64,000 nt of DNA. It comes from Octopus bimaculoides (lineage: Eukaryota). Position numbers and translations under genes: made by a program. The notes below the pieces were generated by a model that was not told the DNA's origin, did not search any database, and saw only the letters and a program-made list of their open reading frames with translations. Positions 1 to 12,339 of this stretch are shown in pieces (position 1 is the first letter of the stretch; the number at the start of each line of letters is the position of its first letter). The DNA is taken from NCBI RefSeq assembly GCF_001194135.2, contig NC_068992.1:38328448-38392447 (forward strand), given 5' to 3'.

Positions 1-63
1 AGCAACAACAACAACAGCAACCATGAACAAACACTGAGGTTATACAGCAAATAATTTACTTAC

Positions 64-195
64 GCAGTTGGTAATACAATATGCTGCAGCCAGAAGGTTT
101 TCCAACTTTTTCACAGGTGAATAAGCTAATTTGATTTGTGTCAGATGATGTCTGATTAACTGGAGATCTTCTTTGCCTGGTGGACTTAAGTTGCC
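64..195 (-). CDS. spri: RIN/Sprint exon, VPS9 domain; gene continues beyond the left edge
   Basis: cacctag acceptor and gtaagt donor, 132 nt, phase 0/0. Encodes GNLSPPGKEDLQLIRHHLTQIKLAYSPVKKLENLLAAAYCITNC, with the VPS9 motif YSP.KK...LL. Confidence 0.92.
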
Positions 196-2161
196 CTAGG
201 TGCAATAAATAAATAATAATAATATTAATAATAATAATTTCGTTTTTGGATTTGGTTTGCAAGATTCTTTATGCGAGTTCGTGTGTTGAAGCATATTCTG
301 TTTGTGTCTGGGGAGAGCCATTGTCTTTTAGTGCCTTATAATTTAACATACACACCGGTAAAATTTCCACTTATTTCTTTTTTATTTAGAAAAATAAGTA
401 AACGAGTGGAAATTTTACCAGTGAGTGTATTAAATTGTAAGGCACTAAAAGAGAATGACTCTCCCCAGACACAAACAGAATAATGATGATGATGATGATG
501 ATTTCAAGTTTTGGCACTAGGCTAGCAAGTTCAGAAGAGGGGTTAAGTTGATTACATCAACCCCAGTGTTCCACTGGTACTTATTTTAGCAAGTTTGAAA
601 GGATGAAAGGCAAAGTTACCATGGCAGAATTTGATCTCTGGACGTGAAGACCAAGCATTTCGTCCGGCATGCTAACAATTCAGCCAGCTCGCTGCCTTAA
701 TAATAATAATCCTTTCTATTCAAGGCACAAGGCCTGAAATTGGGGCAAGAGGGTAGTCGATTACATCGACCCCAGTACTCAAATGGTACTTAATTCATCG
801 ACCCCAAAAGGATGACGGCAAAACCGACCTCGGTGGAATTTGACCTCAGAACGTAAAGACTGANNNNNNNNNNNNNNNNNNNNNNNNNNNNNNNNNNNNN
901 NNNNNNNNNNNNNNNNNNNNNNNNNNNNNNNNNNNNNNNNNNNNNNNNNNNNNNNNNNNNNNNNNNNNNNNNNNNNNNNNNNNNNNNNNNNNNNNNNNNN
1001 NNNNNNNNNNNNNNNNNNNNNNNNNNNNNNNNNNNNNNNNNNNNNNNNNNNNNNNNNNNNNNNNNNNNNNNNNNNNNNNNNNNNNNNNNNNNNNNNNNNN
1101 NNNNNNNNNNNNNNNNNNNNNNNNNNNNNNNNNNNNNNNNNNNNNNNNNNNNNNNNNNNNNNNNNNNNNNNNNNNNNNNNNNNNNNNNNNNNNNNNNNNN
1201 NNNNNNNNNNNNNNNNNNNNNNNNNNNNNNNNNNNNNNNNNNNNNNNNNNNNNNNNNNNNNNNNNNNNNNNNNNNNNNNNNNNNNNNNNNNNNNNNNNNN
1301 NNNNNNNNNNNNNNNNNNNNNNNGTCATTTCATTCATTCCTCCAGAGCGTGATGTTAATAACCCATAAACATATTTCTTCTCAAGCATTCTGAGAAGTGA
1401 AAGGGAAGCAGATTCAGAATATTTTCTCAGAATATGTACTTTCAAGTCTTTTTCAAAATTGCAGCTGTTTGAAATGAAATGTTCAGCAAGTTCTGCCGAA
1501 CTACTGTTTTGTGCCAGACATCGACTCTGTGCCCATTAAACCTTTTGTTTAATTGTTCTGTTATACAACCAACATGTGTTTTGTGCATTCTGCAGTGTAC
1601 ACCAAATGGGAATCTCTACATGTCCCACCTTCTGTATAAATCATAACATCTAGATACCAAATCTTATGGAAAGAGGACCTGTAAGGCCTTTGACAATAGG
1701 ATGCTCTCTGCTCCAGAATTAACCAGACCAAATCAGGTTGAGAGCTCTGAGAAGTAAAATACAATAACAACGATGGTTTATAACTGAGGCAAAAAGCCAA
1801 CAATTTTGAGAAGAAGGGGTTGATCAGAACTAGACTGAGACTTTATTTCATCAACACCAAAAGGACAAAAGACAAAGTCAACCAGGGTGGGATTTGTGTA
1901 AAACCCAACAAGAGAGATGGAAAAAGTATCAACAGATAATATTTGAAATTTAGAAAAGAGGGAGAGGGCAAAATGTGAAGATTGCACCAATTGTGTTTGG
2001 TTGTTTAGGGAGAGAATGGTCTAAAGTTGAAAGGAATCCAGTTCCATGTCAATGAAGAGGTAGAAATGTTGACTATTTAGGTAATAGGCTATCCAAACAA
2101 TTTGGTAAGTTGTAACTTTGACCTTAACATAATTTAGGACAAAGTTAATGGTTCTACTTAC

Positions 2162-2237
2162 CCGAAGACCAAGGTCACTCAAGGGCCGTGTACGAGCATA
2201 GACAATATTTTTATACAGAGTTTCCACACTTCCATTT
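2162..2237 (-). CDS. spri: RIN/Sprint exon, VPS9 N-terminal part
   Basis: cttttacag acceptor and gtaagt donor, 76 nt, phase 2/0. Encodes NGSVETLYKNIVYARTRPLSDLGLR, comparable to RIN2-type GSLKQLKENLQLVRQRNPQELGV. Confidence 0.88.
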
Positions 2238-2675
2238 CTGTAAAAGAGTTTGAGATTTAAATTTAAGTCAAGCAGAATCTAGAAGTAAGAAAAAAATTGC
2301 TAATTTACAAGGAGGAGGAGGAGACAAAGGACGTTTGAGAAGGACAATGAGAAGAAGGATAAGGAGGACAATGAAGAAGAGGAGAAAACAAAGGACGGTG
2401 AGAAGAAGAAGCAGCAAACCTTCATGTTATTGGTAATGGCTTATGATTTAATATTATTAAAATATCTGTTTCATCTCTAAGTCAATAAAATGGATTATTT
2501 TAGGATCCAAAGCACATTGTAGTATTTGTAGTTTGTTATTTTTTTCATCCATAAATTAACATTTAATATCTGGATTCTCCACTGATGGATCTACTTTTCT
2601 GCTTGTATTAACAAGTGTTGATGGAGACCCTTTATGGTCGGATGCTCTTCCTGTCACTAATCCTCCCCTATTTCA

Positions 2676-3200
2676 TCATCATCGTCATCGTTTAACGTCC
2701 GCTTTCTATGCTGGCATGGGTTGGACGATTTGACTGAGAACTGGCAAGCCAGAAGGCTGCACCAGGCTCCAATCTGATCTGGCAAAGTTTCTACAGCTGG
2801 ATGCCCTTCCTAACGCCAACCACTCCGAGAGTGTAGTGGGTGCTTTTACGTGCCACCGGTATGAGGGTCAGTCAGGCAGTTCTGGCAACAACCACACTCA
2901 AAAAGTGTTTTTTATGTGCTACCTGCACGGGAGTCAGTCAGGTGGCACAGGCAACGACCACACTTGAATGTTGTTTTTCACATGCCACTGACACAGGAGC
3001 CAGTTAGGCGGCACTGGCAACGATCACACTCGGATGGTGCTTTTAATGTTCCACTGGCATGAGTGCCAATCAGGCGGTACTGTCATCACTCATGTCAGCG
3101 ATTTTGATTTCACTTGCCTCAACAGGTCTTCACAAGCAAAGTTTATTGTCCAATGAATTAGGGGGCTGGTTACACCCACCAGCATAGGCCACGGGTTATT
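2676..3200 (-). mobile_element. RTE 3' UTR remnant
   Basis: Same tail and internal repeat units as 62345-63210. Further copies lie near 5281-5575, 6727-6975, 8140-8560, 20787-21200, 28195-28465, 37925-38375, 39010-39360, 40460-40740, 45805-46170, 51230-51530, 61545-61770 and 63600-64000 (approximate). Confidence 0.8.
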
Positions 3201-3551
3201 TCCAGGTGGCATTTTCTCCTAATTTGGATGCCTTTTCATGAAAGATTGCAAATAAACAACACTTCTATAGCCCCAGGGCTGATCAAAGCCTTGGGAGTGG
3301 ATTCAGTAAATAGAAAGAAGTCTGTGTGTGCATGTGCATGCTCTTGCCTGGTTGCAAACAAGCACCATTATGTTGTTCATTTCCAGTTTCCCATGCAAAA
3401 ATGTGTTGCTCAGAAACAAGTGAGGGTTGGTGTGGCATCTGACCATAGAAAATCTGCCTCAACAAATTCTGTCTGACCCATGCAAGCATGGAAAAGTGGA
3501 CATTAAAATGGAGATGAGGATGAAGGTAAATGAGGTAACTTACCTCTTTTT

Positions 3552-4239
3552 GGCACTGTCATGGTATTAGCTGTCAGAAGTGAAAGTAGAACTGACAAGG
3601 AACATTACTGCTGGTTTGAGTTGATTCTTTGGCTACTGACTGGCCGGAGCTATCTGTCTGTCTGCCTGCTGGTTTGAGTTGATTCTTTGGCTACTGACTG
3701 GCCGGAGCTATCTATCTGTCTGTCTGTCTGCCTATCTCTCTCTCTATATCTCTATTTATCTATCTATCTATCACTCGTCCACCTCTGTTTGTGTCCGTAG
3801 AATTTATCAAATTAGAAAACGCAAATTTAATATAAAAATATATTTTTTGAAATTGCAAATTATTTAAAATATAAAAATATAATTTTCAACAGAGAGAATT
3901 TATCAAAATAGAAAACGAAGTTTGAAGTTAAGTTTAAAAATAAATGTGATACTTATGCTCCGTAGATACTTATACTCGGTACTACTAAAGCAGAGTGGTC
4001 CCGAACGCGCTAGCTAATCGTGAGTGGTCGATCCTAACCCTAACCCTAACTTTAAACACATGTATTCATTTGCACACACGCGCACGCACACTTTTTGTAG
4101 GATCGACCACTCATAACTAGCTAGCGTGGACGCGCGACTGCGCATTCGGGACCACTGTTTTAGTAGTACCCTTATACTCTGTGTGTTTTCAAGCGCATGG
4201 ATATAGGTGTCGAATTTGTTCCAATAACTTTCGAGTGAT

Positions 4240-4274
<35 letters not shown>

Positions 4275-4398
4275 TAGCTCACTCCAGACAGTCATGGTAT
4301 TAGCTGTCAGTAGCCAAAGAATCAACTCAAACCAGCAGTAATGTTCCTTGTCAAATTTTTCTACTTTCACTTCTGACAGCTAATACTATGACAGTGCC
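3552..4398. mobile_element. Merlin/MULE-like non-autonomous DNA transposon (MITE), outer element
   Basis: Long imperfect TIRs (ggcactgtcatggtattagctgtcagaagtgaaagtaga... and its complement), 8-bp TSD ctcttttt at 3544-3551 and 4399-4406, GGNRM-type termini. Confidence 0.8.
3978..4170. mobile_element. Merlin-like MITE nested inside the outer MITE
   Basis: TIRs ggtactactaaa..agtggtcccgaa, 9-bp TSD cttatactc at 3969-3977 and 4171-4179, internal ctaaccctaaccctaac. Confidence 0.8.
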
Positions 4399-4526
4399 CT
4401 CTTTTTTTTTTATAATTTTATTTTTAGGTTAGTTTGGAAACTGAAAGACATGTTTGATTAACTTAAAATGAAAAAATGAGTTTCTGATTGGAAGTGGCAT
4501 CACAGATGCCTGGTGACACGACTTAC

Positions 4527-4615
4527 TTAGTGTAATCGGCAGCCAGCAGTTGATAGATATGTTTCTTCAGAGGCAGAATGACACTTTCGTGTAGAGAACT
4601 CTCAATAATAGCATC
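4527..4615 (-). CDS. spri: RIN/Sprint exon, 5' part hidden in gap 4616-4719
   Basis: gtaagt donor, ends in phase 2. Encodes DAIIESSLHESVILPLKKHIYQLLAADYT(K), containing the IE.ALH..VL.PL motif. The acceptor lies in the Ns. Confidence 0.88.
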
Positions 4616-6198
4616 NNNNNNNNNNNNNNNNNNNNNNNNNNNNNNNNNNNNNNNNNNNNNNNNNNNNNNNNNNNNNNNNNNNNNNNNNNNNNNNNNNNNN
4701 NNNNNNNNNNNNNNNNNNNATTACATTTACAATAACAACATAGTTTTTAAATATAGACTCCACCAGGAGTGTCAAACATATTTCGCTTTGTGGGCTGGGC
4801 TGAAGAATAAACTAAACCTTATGGAAAATATAAGGATAATTATTCTTAAAAACCCTATTCATAATGGAGGCCATAGTAAATAAATGAAGGGGTCAATATA
4901 CATTATAACAACTGTATTAACAAGAAAGAAAAATGTGAGGTGTTAGCAAAGATTGTGTGTAGAGATGTGTGGGCAAAACTGATCCACATTATACACATTC
5001 AGTCTTAAGAATGTTTACAGTAAGAACAGAGATGGAAATTCTCCAAATGAATGCACACTGTTCTTGCAATGACAAATACTTGATAGAAGACTTGTACCGT
5101 TTAAGCTACAGAACCTTTCAATATCACTAGAATTCATTCAGATAAACTTGTGTATATATGTGAGGTGGAGGAAAACGAAAAACCATTTTTGGCTCAACAT
5201 GTATCGACAAAGTGAAAGGGGAATAGGTCTCATCTTTTAGTCTCAAGAATTTATAAGATTCTATTTCATTCCTCGAACTATGGAGGGGACCTGTGGTAGA
5301 GGTAGACCCAGGAAAACATGGGATGAGGTGGTGAAGCATGACCTTTGAACTTTGGGACATGGTAGATAGTGGTATCACATAAATGGCATTCATGCCAGTG
5401 GTTACGTAAAAGCACCCATTACATGCTTGGAGTGGTTGGCATTAGGAAGGGCATCAGCAGTAGAAACCATGCCAAATCAGACTGGAGTCTGGTGCAGCCT
5501 TCCAGCTTGCCAGCCCTGGTCAAACTGTCCAACCCATGCCAGCATGGACAACGGACACTAAATGATGATGATGAAATCACATAACATTTCCTAAAGTGCA
5601 GATGATTTGACTAATTGAAACTGGTGTTAATTATGATTGTAGTCAAGTTCCAACTCTGAATGCATGCTATATTTTTATCTTTCACCTGTTTCAGTCATTT
5701 CACCGTGACCATGTTGGGGCACTAAAATAAAGGTGGCGGCTGGACTAATTGTTGTTGTTTGATATTCCTGGACTGGATAATATAAAGCAATATTAACTAT
5801 GTTGTATGTAGGGTTAGAGTTAGCAATCAAAGGAAAATAAATAAATATTGCTGAGAAATTAGTTTTGAATGAAATCTTTAATTAAGAAAATATTTCAACT
5901 ACTTGTTAAAGCTGCTATTCTGATCAGCAACTCATTAATTGCAGGTTTGGATAAACATTTATTTTCATCCTTAACATGGTTTTATCAATTCAGACATTTT
6001 GAAATTTGTATTTTCAGTTATTCTTATATTAAATGAAATCAGTTTTATTTTTGTAGCAAACTACCATGAGGTGAGCTTAACTATGTTGAGGATCTTCTTA
6101 CCCTCATATCTCATCAACTGTGTAATGTGCAAGACTTATTAATGTCCCTTGAGAATGATGCAGTCGTAAGTTAGAGTTTCTCAATGAAAAGAATATGG

Positions 6199-6475
6199 AC
6201 ATTATTTACATTCGACGGATATTTGTCCTCATCTTGTTTGTTGTTAACACGTTTTGGCTGATATACCCTCCAGCCTTCATCAGGTGAATTGGGGAAATTT
6301 TGAACCTTGGTTCTCATTTTTAAGGTTCGAAATTTTCCCAAGACACTTGATGAAGGCTGGAGGGTATATCAGCCGAAATGTTGTGTTAACAACAAACAAG
6401 ATTAAGACAAATATCCGTCAATTGTAAATAATGTAAATAATGTATTTAATTCCTCATCTCTTAAATATAGAACTG
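6199..6475. mobile_element. Head-to-head inverted pair of the hammerhead-bearing element (family HH1)
   Basis: Both arms carry ctgatgaaggctggagggtatatcagccgaaa-type sequence, with point lesions. Confidence 0.8.
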
Positions 6476-7053
6476 AAAGAAAACGGAGTCCAAGAGAATC
6501 CATGAAGACAAAAGCCATCTGTCAATTTGGTGCAGGCATGGTTGAGTGATTAAGAAGTCTGCTTCCCAAGCAAATGGTATTGGGTTCAGTCCTACTGAGA
6601 GGCACATTAGGAAAATGTCTTCTAATATAGCCCTGGACCAACCGAAGCTTTGTGAGTGGATATGGTAGAAAGAAACTGAAAGAAGCCTGTCATGTGAATG
6701 TCTTTTTACATCTTATTTTGACATTGCATCATCATCATCGTTTAATGTCTGCTTTCCATGCTGGCAAGGGTTGGACGGTTTGACTGGGAAATGGCAAGCC
6801 AAGAGGCTGCACCAGACTCCAATCTGATCTGGCAAGGTTTCTACAGCTGGATGCCCTTCCTAATGCCAACCACTCCGAGAGTATAGTGGGTGCTTTTTAT
6901 GTGCCACCAGCATGAGGGTCAGTCAGGTGGTACTGGCATCAACCACGCTTGAATGGTACATTTTATGTGCCACCGGCATAAATTTTTAAATGGGTGAAGT
7001 TTCTTAGGTCAACCTGGTCAGATCCAACGTCCCTGTCCAGTATTTTATATATA

Positions 7054-7170
7054 GTGATACCTCGCAGTATGAGGTTAATTCGTTCCATGACCAAGCTCGT
7101 CTTATGATTTATACCTTTTACTAATCAATTTTCCTCCTTGAAATGAACTAAAATGTAATTAATCCGTGGG
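7054..7170 (+). mobile_element. Possible Tigger/pogo-type MITE left end
   Basis: ta-tagtgatacctcgcagtatgagg...aattcgttcc resembles Tigger-like termini; no right TIR found. Confidence 0.35.
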
Positions 7171-7620
7171 TGCATATTACATGCCACTGGCATGGGAGCC
7201 AGTCAGATGGCACTGGTAGTTCTAATGATAGTTGTAAACAAGTGTCATGGTCATTGAGGCAGTGATTCTTGTTACCAATCTTCCATGAAAACATGTCCAG
7301 TCAGGGAGAAATATTACCTTATTTGGAAACAGACAAGGGTTGGTCACAAGGAGAGCATCTTCCTGTAAAAGACTTGCCTCAATGCAAGCTGACCAATCCA
7401 TACAAGCACATGCAAAAGTGGACTTAAAAGAAAAAGAAAATAAAACAAAAAAAAAGGCACTAAACTCTAAGAGACCAGAGGCTTCAAGTAACTTGGGTCC
7501 TGTGTTTCTGATATTCATAAGAAAGACTTTCTGACATGCAAAGGACTAACTAGGAAGGCCCATAACAAACTTTATACCATGTAGCAATCAAAGTCAATAA
7601 GGCTTGATGAAGTAACTCAC

Positions 7621-7710
7621 TCGACTAGATTCTCTCTTAATCAGTGTGTCTAAACCTTTTTGATTGTTGTGAAACAGATAGTTTTTCATTCCAGTCATAA
7701 ACTGCCGAAC
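7621..7710 (-). CDS. spri: RIN/Sprint exon, RIN-homology/VPS9 helical bundle
   Basis: ctttgtag acceptor and gtgagt donor, 90 nt, phase 0/0. Encodes VRQFMTGMKNYLFHNNQKGLDTLIKRESSR, containing the RQFM.G.K.YL motif of RIN proteins. Confidence 0.92.
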
Positions 7711-8569
7711 CTACAAAGAAATAAACATAAACATCAAATATAACAAACAACCATTTTTGGTTATTTCATAAATAATTTCAGCAAACTGGCTCGTTAATTT
7801 TACATTATCTGTTTTTTTCTCAGTGAAATCAAGATGCAAGATTGTTTCTTCTTGAAGAATCAAAAATGCAAATAATGCAGAAGTAATTAGACATCTTTTC
7901 TCCTAGAATTTACTAAATTGGGGAAGTTGTGGAATAATACCTTTCTCAGAGGTTGTAGATGTACAATTTGAACTCAAGATCACGTACTTCAGCAGCTTAA
8001 CCTCACAGTTATTGTGCTCTTTAGACATAAAATCACAAATTACAAATGTAATTCCATTAAGCTTTTACTGAAGAATATTTTTTCTCAACACACAAGAGAG
8101 AAAGATTCTAGAAGTTGTAAAAGTTAACGGCAAAATATACTTAATGGCACGTAAAAAGCACCATTTGAGCATGGTCAATGCCAGTGCCGGTGGCATGTAA
8201 AAAACACCATTCAGATGTGGTCGATGCCAGTGCTGCCTGACTGACTCCTATGCTAGTGGCACATAAAAGGCACCGTTTGAATGTAGTCAATGCCAGTGCC
8301 ACCTGACTGGTTCCTATGCTAGTGGCACATAAAAAGCACCATTCAAATGTAGTCGATACCAGTGCTGCCTGACTGGCCTCCGTGCCGGTGACACATAAAA
8401 AGCACTCACTACACTTTCGGAGTGGTTGGCATTAGGAAAGGCATCCAGCTGTAGAAACTTTGCCAGATCAGATTTGAGCCTGGTGCAGTCTCCCGGCTTG
8501 CCAGTCCTCAGTCAAACCGTCCAACCCATGCCAGCATGGAAAGCAGACATTAAATTATGATCATGAATG

Positions 8570-9628
8570 TGTAGTGAAACCTCTCTCTCTGGTATTTAAT
8601 TACAAATGATAACGTGGCGGCTAACATCTAGCTTTCGGCTGCCTTGGACCCTTGTGTCCACCACCCTGATTGGTTCTTATTTGCACAGCATTTGTCTCTA
8701 GTTCTTTTTCGTACCAGGGTGCATACTGTCCAATCGTGGCCTTCTAATAAGGTCACATGAGAGAGAGTTTTTCTGCGTTTCCAGTGAGCCCTATTTCATT
8801 TATAAATAAGCCTGCTCCACTACGCCTGTTTGTCGCGACCACAGACCTTTTCAGGTCTGGTTGTAGACCACACACAGAACACAGCTCCAGCCAGTTTCCA
8901 GCGACGACGTCAATACCACCAATCTACTGTCTACCACAATGTCGTCGCCACCAGCACCATCACCAGAGTACACACCAACAACAACCGCGGTTTCATCTCT
9001 GCACTGTTCGAGTGGATTGTTTCCACCACGAAGATAACAGCCAGAACAACCTGCGAGAATCTTATGTACCAAGCAACTGGTTGCAGCATCGACGCTCAAC
9101 TTCACACACATGTGACACCACAGCTCTGCTCCCTGGCCACAACTTCTTGTACAGACACTCAATCCCATGTGAAACTCTTCTATGAACTGGTATTTCTCTA
9201 CCTCTCTGTTTAGGACGCTTATCTACTGTGTTACAGACTCTCATTCTATGCTCTGTATTTTCTCATTCACACTCACACACATTTATGTATACATACTATT
9301 CTTCATACGACAGCCTGTCTTATGTATTGTGTTATTTATATTGCCACATGCACGAAGGCCTGTCGTACATATTGTATTGTTATATATTGCCGCATGCATG
9401 CACGCACACACTGTTCACTATGATAATAAACCTACTCTCTTTATATATCTAACGGTTGTCTCTGTCGCTCACTCTCTCTTTCCTTTACTGGCACTCGCTC
9501 GCATCATCTCATTGCGAGCCTTCATATGTCCTATTACATGTTTTTGTGGTCGACCATGCGACGCGCTTAAAGGAGTCATCTCCAGTTCGTCGCTATTCTC
9601 CTTTGGTTCGCACGGTCGTTACATTACA
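8570..9628 (+). mobile_element. Solo LTR, Gypsy/Ty3-like
   Basis: TGTA...TACA ends with imperfect 11-bp terminal IR (tgtagtgaaac / gttacattaca), 4-bp TSD aatg at 8566-8569 and 9629-9632, CCAAT-like and TATAAATA motifs near 8670-8810. Confidence 0.75.
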
Positions 9629-11450
9629 AATGAAAGAATATATTCCTTCACCATCCTCATTTAATGCCCATGTTCTACACTGGATTGGATTGGACAGTTT
9701 GACAGGTTCAAGAACTGCAATGTTATCTCATGTCAGCTGTCACATGGATGTCTTGCTAATTGCTAACAACTTTACATTGTGCTACTTTTACAACTCCAGC
9801 GCGAACGAGGTCACAATGCATCTTGGCAAGAGTAATTTCCCTTTCAATTGAGCAAGGCTGGGGTGAAAAAAGGAAGCAGTTTTGTGCTAGGAAATGAGGA
9901 ATTAAAATGTGAGAAAAAAGAAGAGAACATAACAGATTTCTTGAGGAGCTCCATGGCTATTGACATTACAGAGTTAAAGGTTGCTGGGGNNNNNNNNNNN
10001 NNNNNNNNNNNNNNNNNNNNNNNNNNNNNNNNNNNNNNNNNNNNNNNNNNNNNNNNNNNNNNNNNNNNNNNNNNNNNNNNNNNNNNNNNNNNNNNNNNNN
10101 NNNNNNNNNNNNNNNNNNNNNNNNNNNNNNNNNNNNNATTAGAAAATAATTTAGTAAATAAAGCTTCAACTTTTTTGTGTGTGTGCATTTTAAAAGGCTG
10201 ATGGGACTACTACAATATTATAGCACGAGATATAAGTTTCATAAACTACAAAATATAAATATCCACACTACCACACCTGAAACATACCTGTTATAACTCT
10301 TTATCTCAATTTGAATATACGTGAAGGTATTTAGAATGCCCAAACATATTTCTGCAAATTTGCTAAGCACTGATGCTGATCATAGTTTAATCAATAAATG
10401 TAGGAGCGAGGTAAATGCAGTAAAAATAGGGGGGTTAGTGGGGGCCCCATTAAAGTGATCCTTCAGAAATTGAACCTACTCGGAAATTCATTGTCATTGC
10501 TTCAATTTGGTGGCCAATATCATATTTAGTTTAAAATGCAGTAAAAATAGAGGGGTCAGTGTGGCCTCAATCAGATTGGCCCTTAAAAAAAATAGCCCCC
10601 CCCCCATTTCCCAGGGATTAGGGGAATTGCTGGTTTGAGTTTCATTGTACTTGCAGCAACGGTCTAGGCGGAGTTAACGAACAAAAATGTAATGGACAGA
10701 GAAACATCATTCAAATTTATAATAGGAGAAAAAAGGTAGGGGCTGAATAGTTCCTGGTTTTAAGGGCATCACAAAAGGCCTGGTTGGAGGCCCAACCTTC
10801 CAAGTTCTTTTACAGGGCTTAGAAAAACTAAAGAACTGCTGCAATAAATGTGTGAATCTGAAAGGGGAATCATCATTATCATCATTTAGCATCTGTTCTC
10901 AATGCCAACAAGGATTGGACGGTTTGACAGGAGTTGGTTTAGCAGAAGATTCCACCAGGCTTCAGTGTCTGCTTTGGCATGGTTTTTTACAGCTGGATCC
11001 CCTTCCTAACACCAATCACCCTGCAGAGTGGAACATTTTGAATAAAATCATAATTAACTGATCTGCCTATATTTTCTTTTACCCAAAGCCAGAAACTTTT
11101 CAGCACCCACCTCATAGGTTAAGCAGTGCTTCAAATTCAGGTAATTACTTAAGTAAAATACTGTTGACTTATATAATATCGGAGAATAAAAATTAGCGAT
11201 TAGTCTATCCTCCCTGCCTCACCTAAAACCAATAATTTGAGAAAAAGAAGTGGAATTTATTTTCAACAGTGTATAGATTTTAATTAGCAATAACTTCTCT
11301 TGTGTGTCGTATCTACAAGCATTACATCAAACCAGCCCACCAAGTATATGTATGTGTGTGTGTGTATACATATATTAGACAAAATGAGATAACAAAGCCA
11401 AGGCTGTGAGGAGTTTACAGGACATTTATAAGGAAAAAGATATAGATATA

Positions 11451-11498
11451 GTCTTACAGCTGTTTCTGGGATGTTATGTATATCGCTTCATCAGAGAC
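11451..11498 (-). ncRNA. Minimal type I hammerhead ribozyme-like motif (family HH2)
   Basis: Minus strand: GTCT CTGATGA agcgatatacataacatccca GAAAC AGCT GTA AGAC. Stems I and III pair; stem II is degenerate. Lies within palindrome 11406-11597. Confidence 0.6.
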
Positions 11499-11717
11499 AA
11501 TGTTAAATAGATGATGGGGGTATCCATAATATTCTAGAAACAGCTGTAAGACTATATCTATATCTTTTTCCTTATAAATGTCCTGAAAACTCCTCACTCA
11601 TATCACGATCGAATCAAGAATTTAACTACGGCTTGTCCATAGCACTTACTTAGCGCTACCTGCCTCTCTCTGGGTCTTCTAGATACCAATACCTCTCATA
11701 CTCTCGCTTATATGTGT

Positions 11718-11750
<33 letters not shown>

Positions 11751-11810
11751 NNNNNNNNNNNNNNNNNNNNATATATATAAAAACAAATACTAATGACACA
11801 TGAATATAAT

Positions 11811-11846
<36 letters not shown>

Positions 11847-12239
11847 ATTATATTCATGTATCATTAGTGTGTTTGTTGATCAGTGCTGAGAAGGTTACAG
11901 ACCATGGAGGTTCATCTGCTCCTGTCCCACACACAACTTAACCATTGGGTCAGTCTTTCTATAGCCAGGTACAATGGTCATCTATGTACATTCTCTCTCT
12001 TTGCTTTCCCTGATTTCTTCTTCATTTCAGTTTACTAGTCATTCCTTAGTGTTCAAGGCTTTTTTTCCCCTTCTCATGATATCCAGTGAACTTTGTCTGT
12101 TGTCTTTTATTATCTAGAAGTTTTCTGGTGGTTCCCACTTGTTGAAGGACTTCCAAGAATATTTGTCACAGTGACAATACAACTTTTCACTAAATTATTT
12201 CCTCAAATAAAAAAAAAAAAACTCCAAATAATAACATAC

Positions 12240-12339
12240 ATTGCTCATGACACAACGTGGGTTGGTTTCTTGACTTTCCTTTGTACATTCAACAAAATGC
12301 TTGATTTGGAGGCCAAAAGTATCAGGACTGCTTGCTAAA
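12240..12339 (-). CDS. spri: RIN/Sprint exon, RIN-homology region
   Basis: tttccag acceptor and gtatgt donor, 100 nt, phase 2/0. Encodes LASSPDTFGLQIKHFVECTKESQETNPRCVMSN. Confidence 0.88.

Noticed and set aside
846-1445. Long ORFs containing X runs (also at 14002-15093, 44438-45253, 58939-59627)
   Set aside because: Artefacts of N gaps and flanking microsatellites.
3537-3551. gtaagt donor next to the MITE TSD
   Set aside because: The reconstructed upstream sequence is A-rich and non-coding, and the RIN exons on either side already join in phase.
4034-4050. Telomere or fusion-site relic
   Set aside because: Only about 2.5 CCCTAA units, internal to a MITE.
6075-6165. Plus-strand 32-codon frame ending at a gtaagt donor
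   Set aside because: No convincing acceptor in frame, no partner exons and no recognisable homology.
11782-11877. 35-bp inverted repeat around (TA)n
   Set aside because: Directly beside a gap and a self-complementary microsatellite, so it cannot be distinguished from a misassembly.
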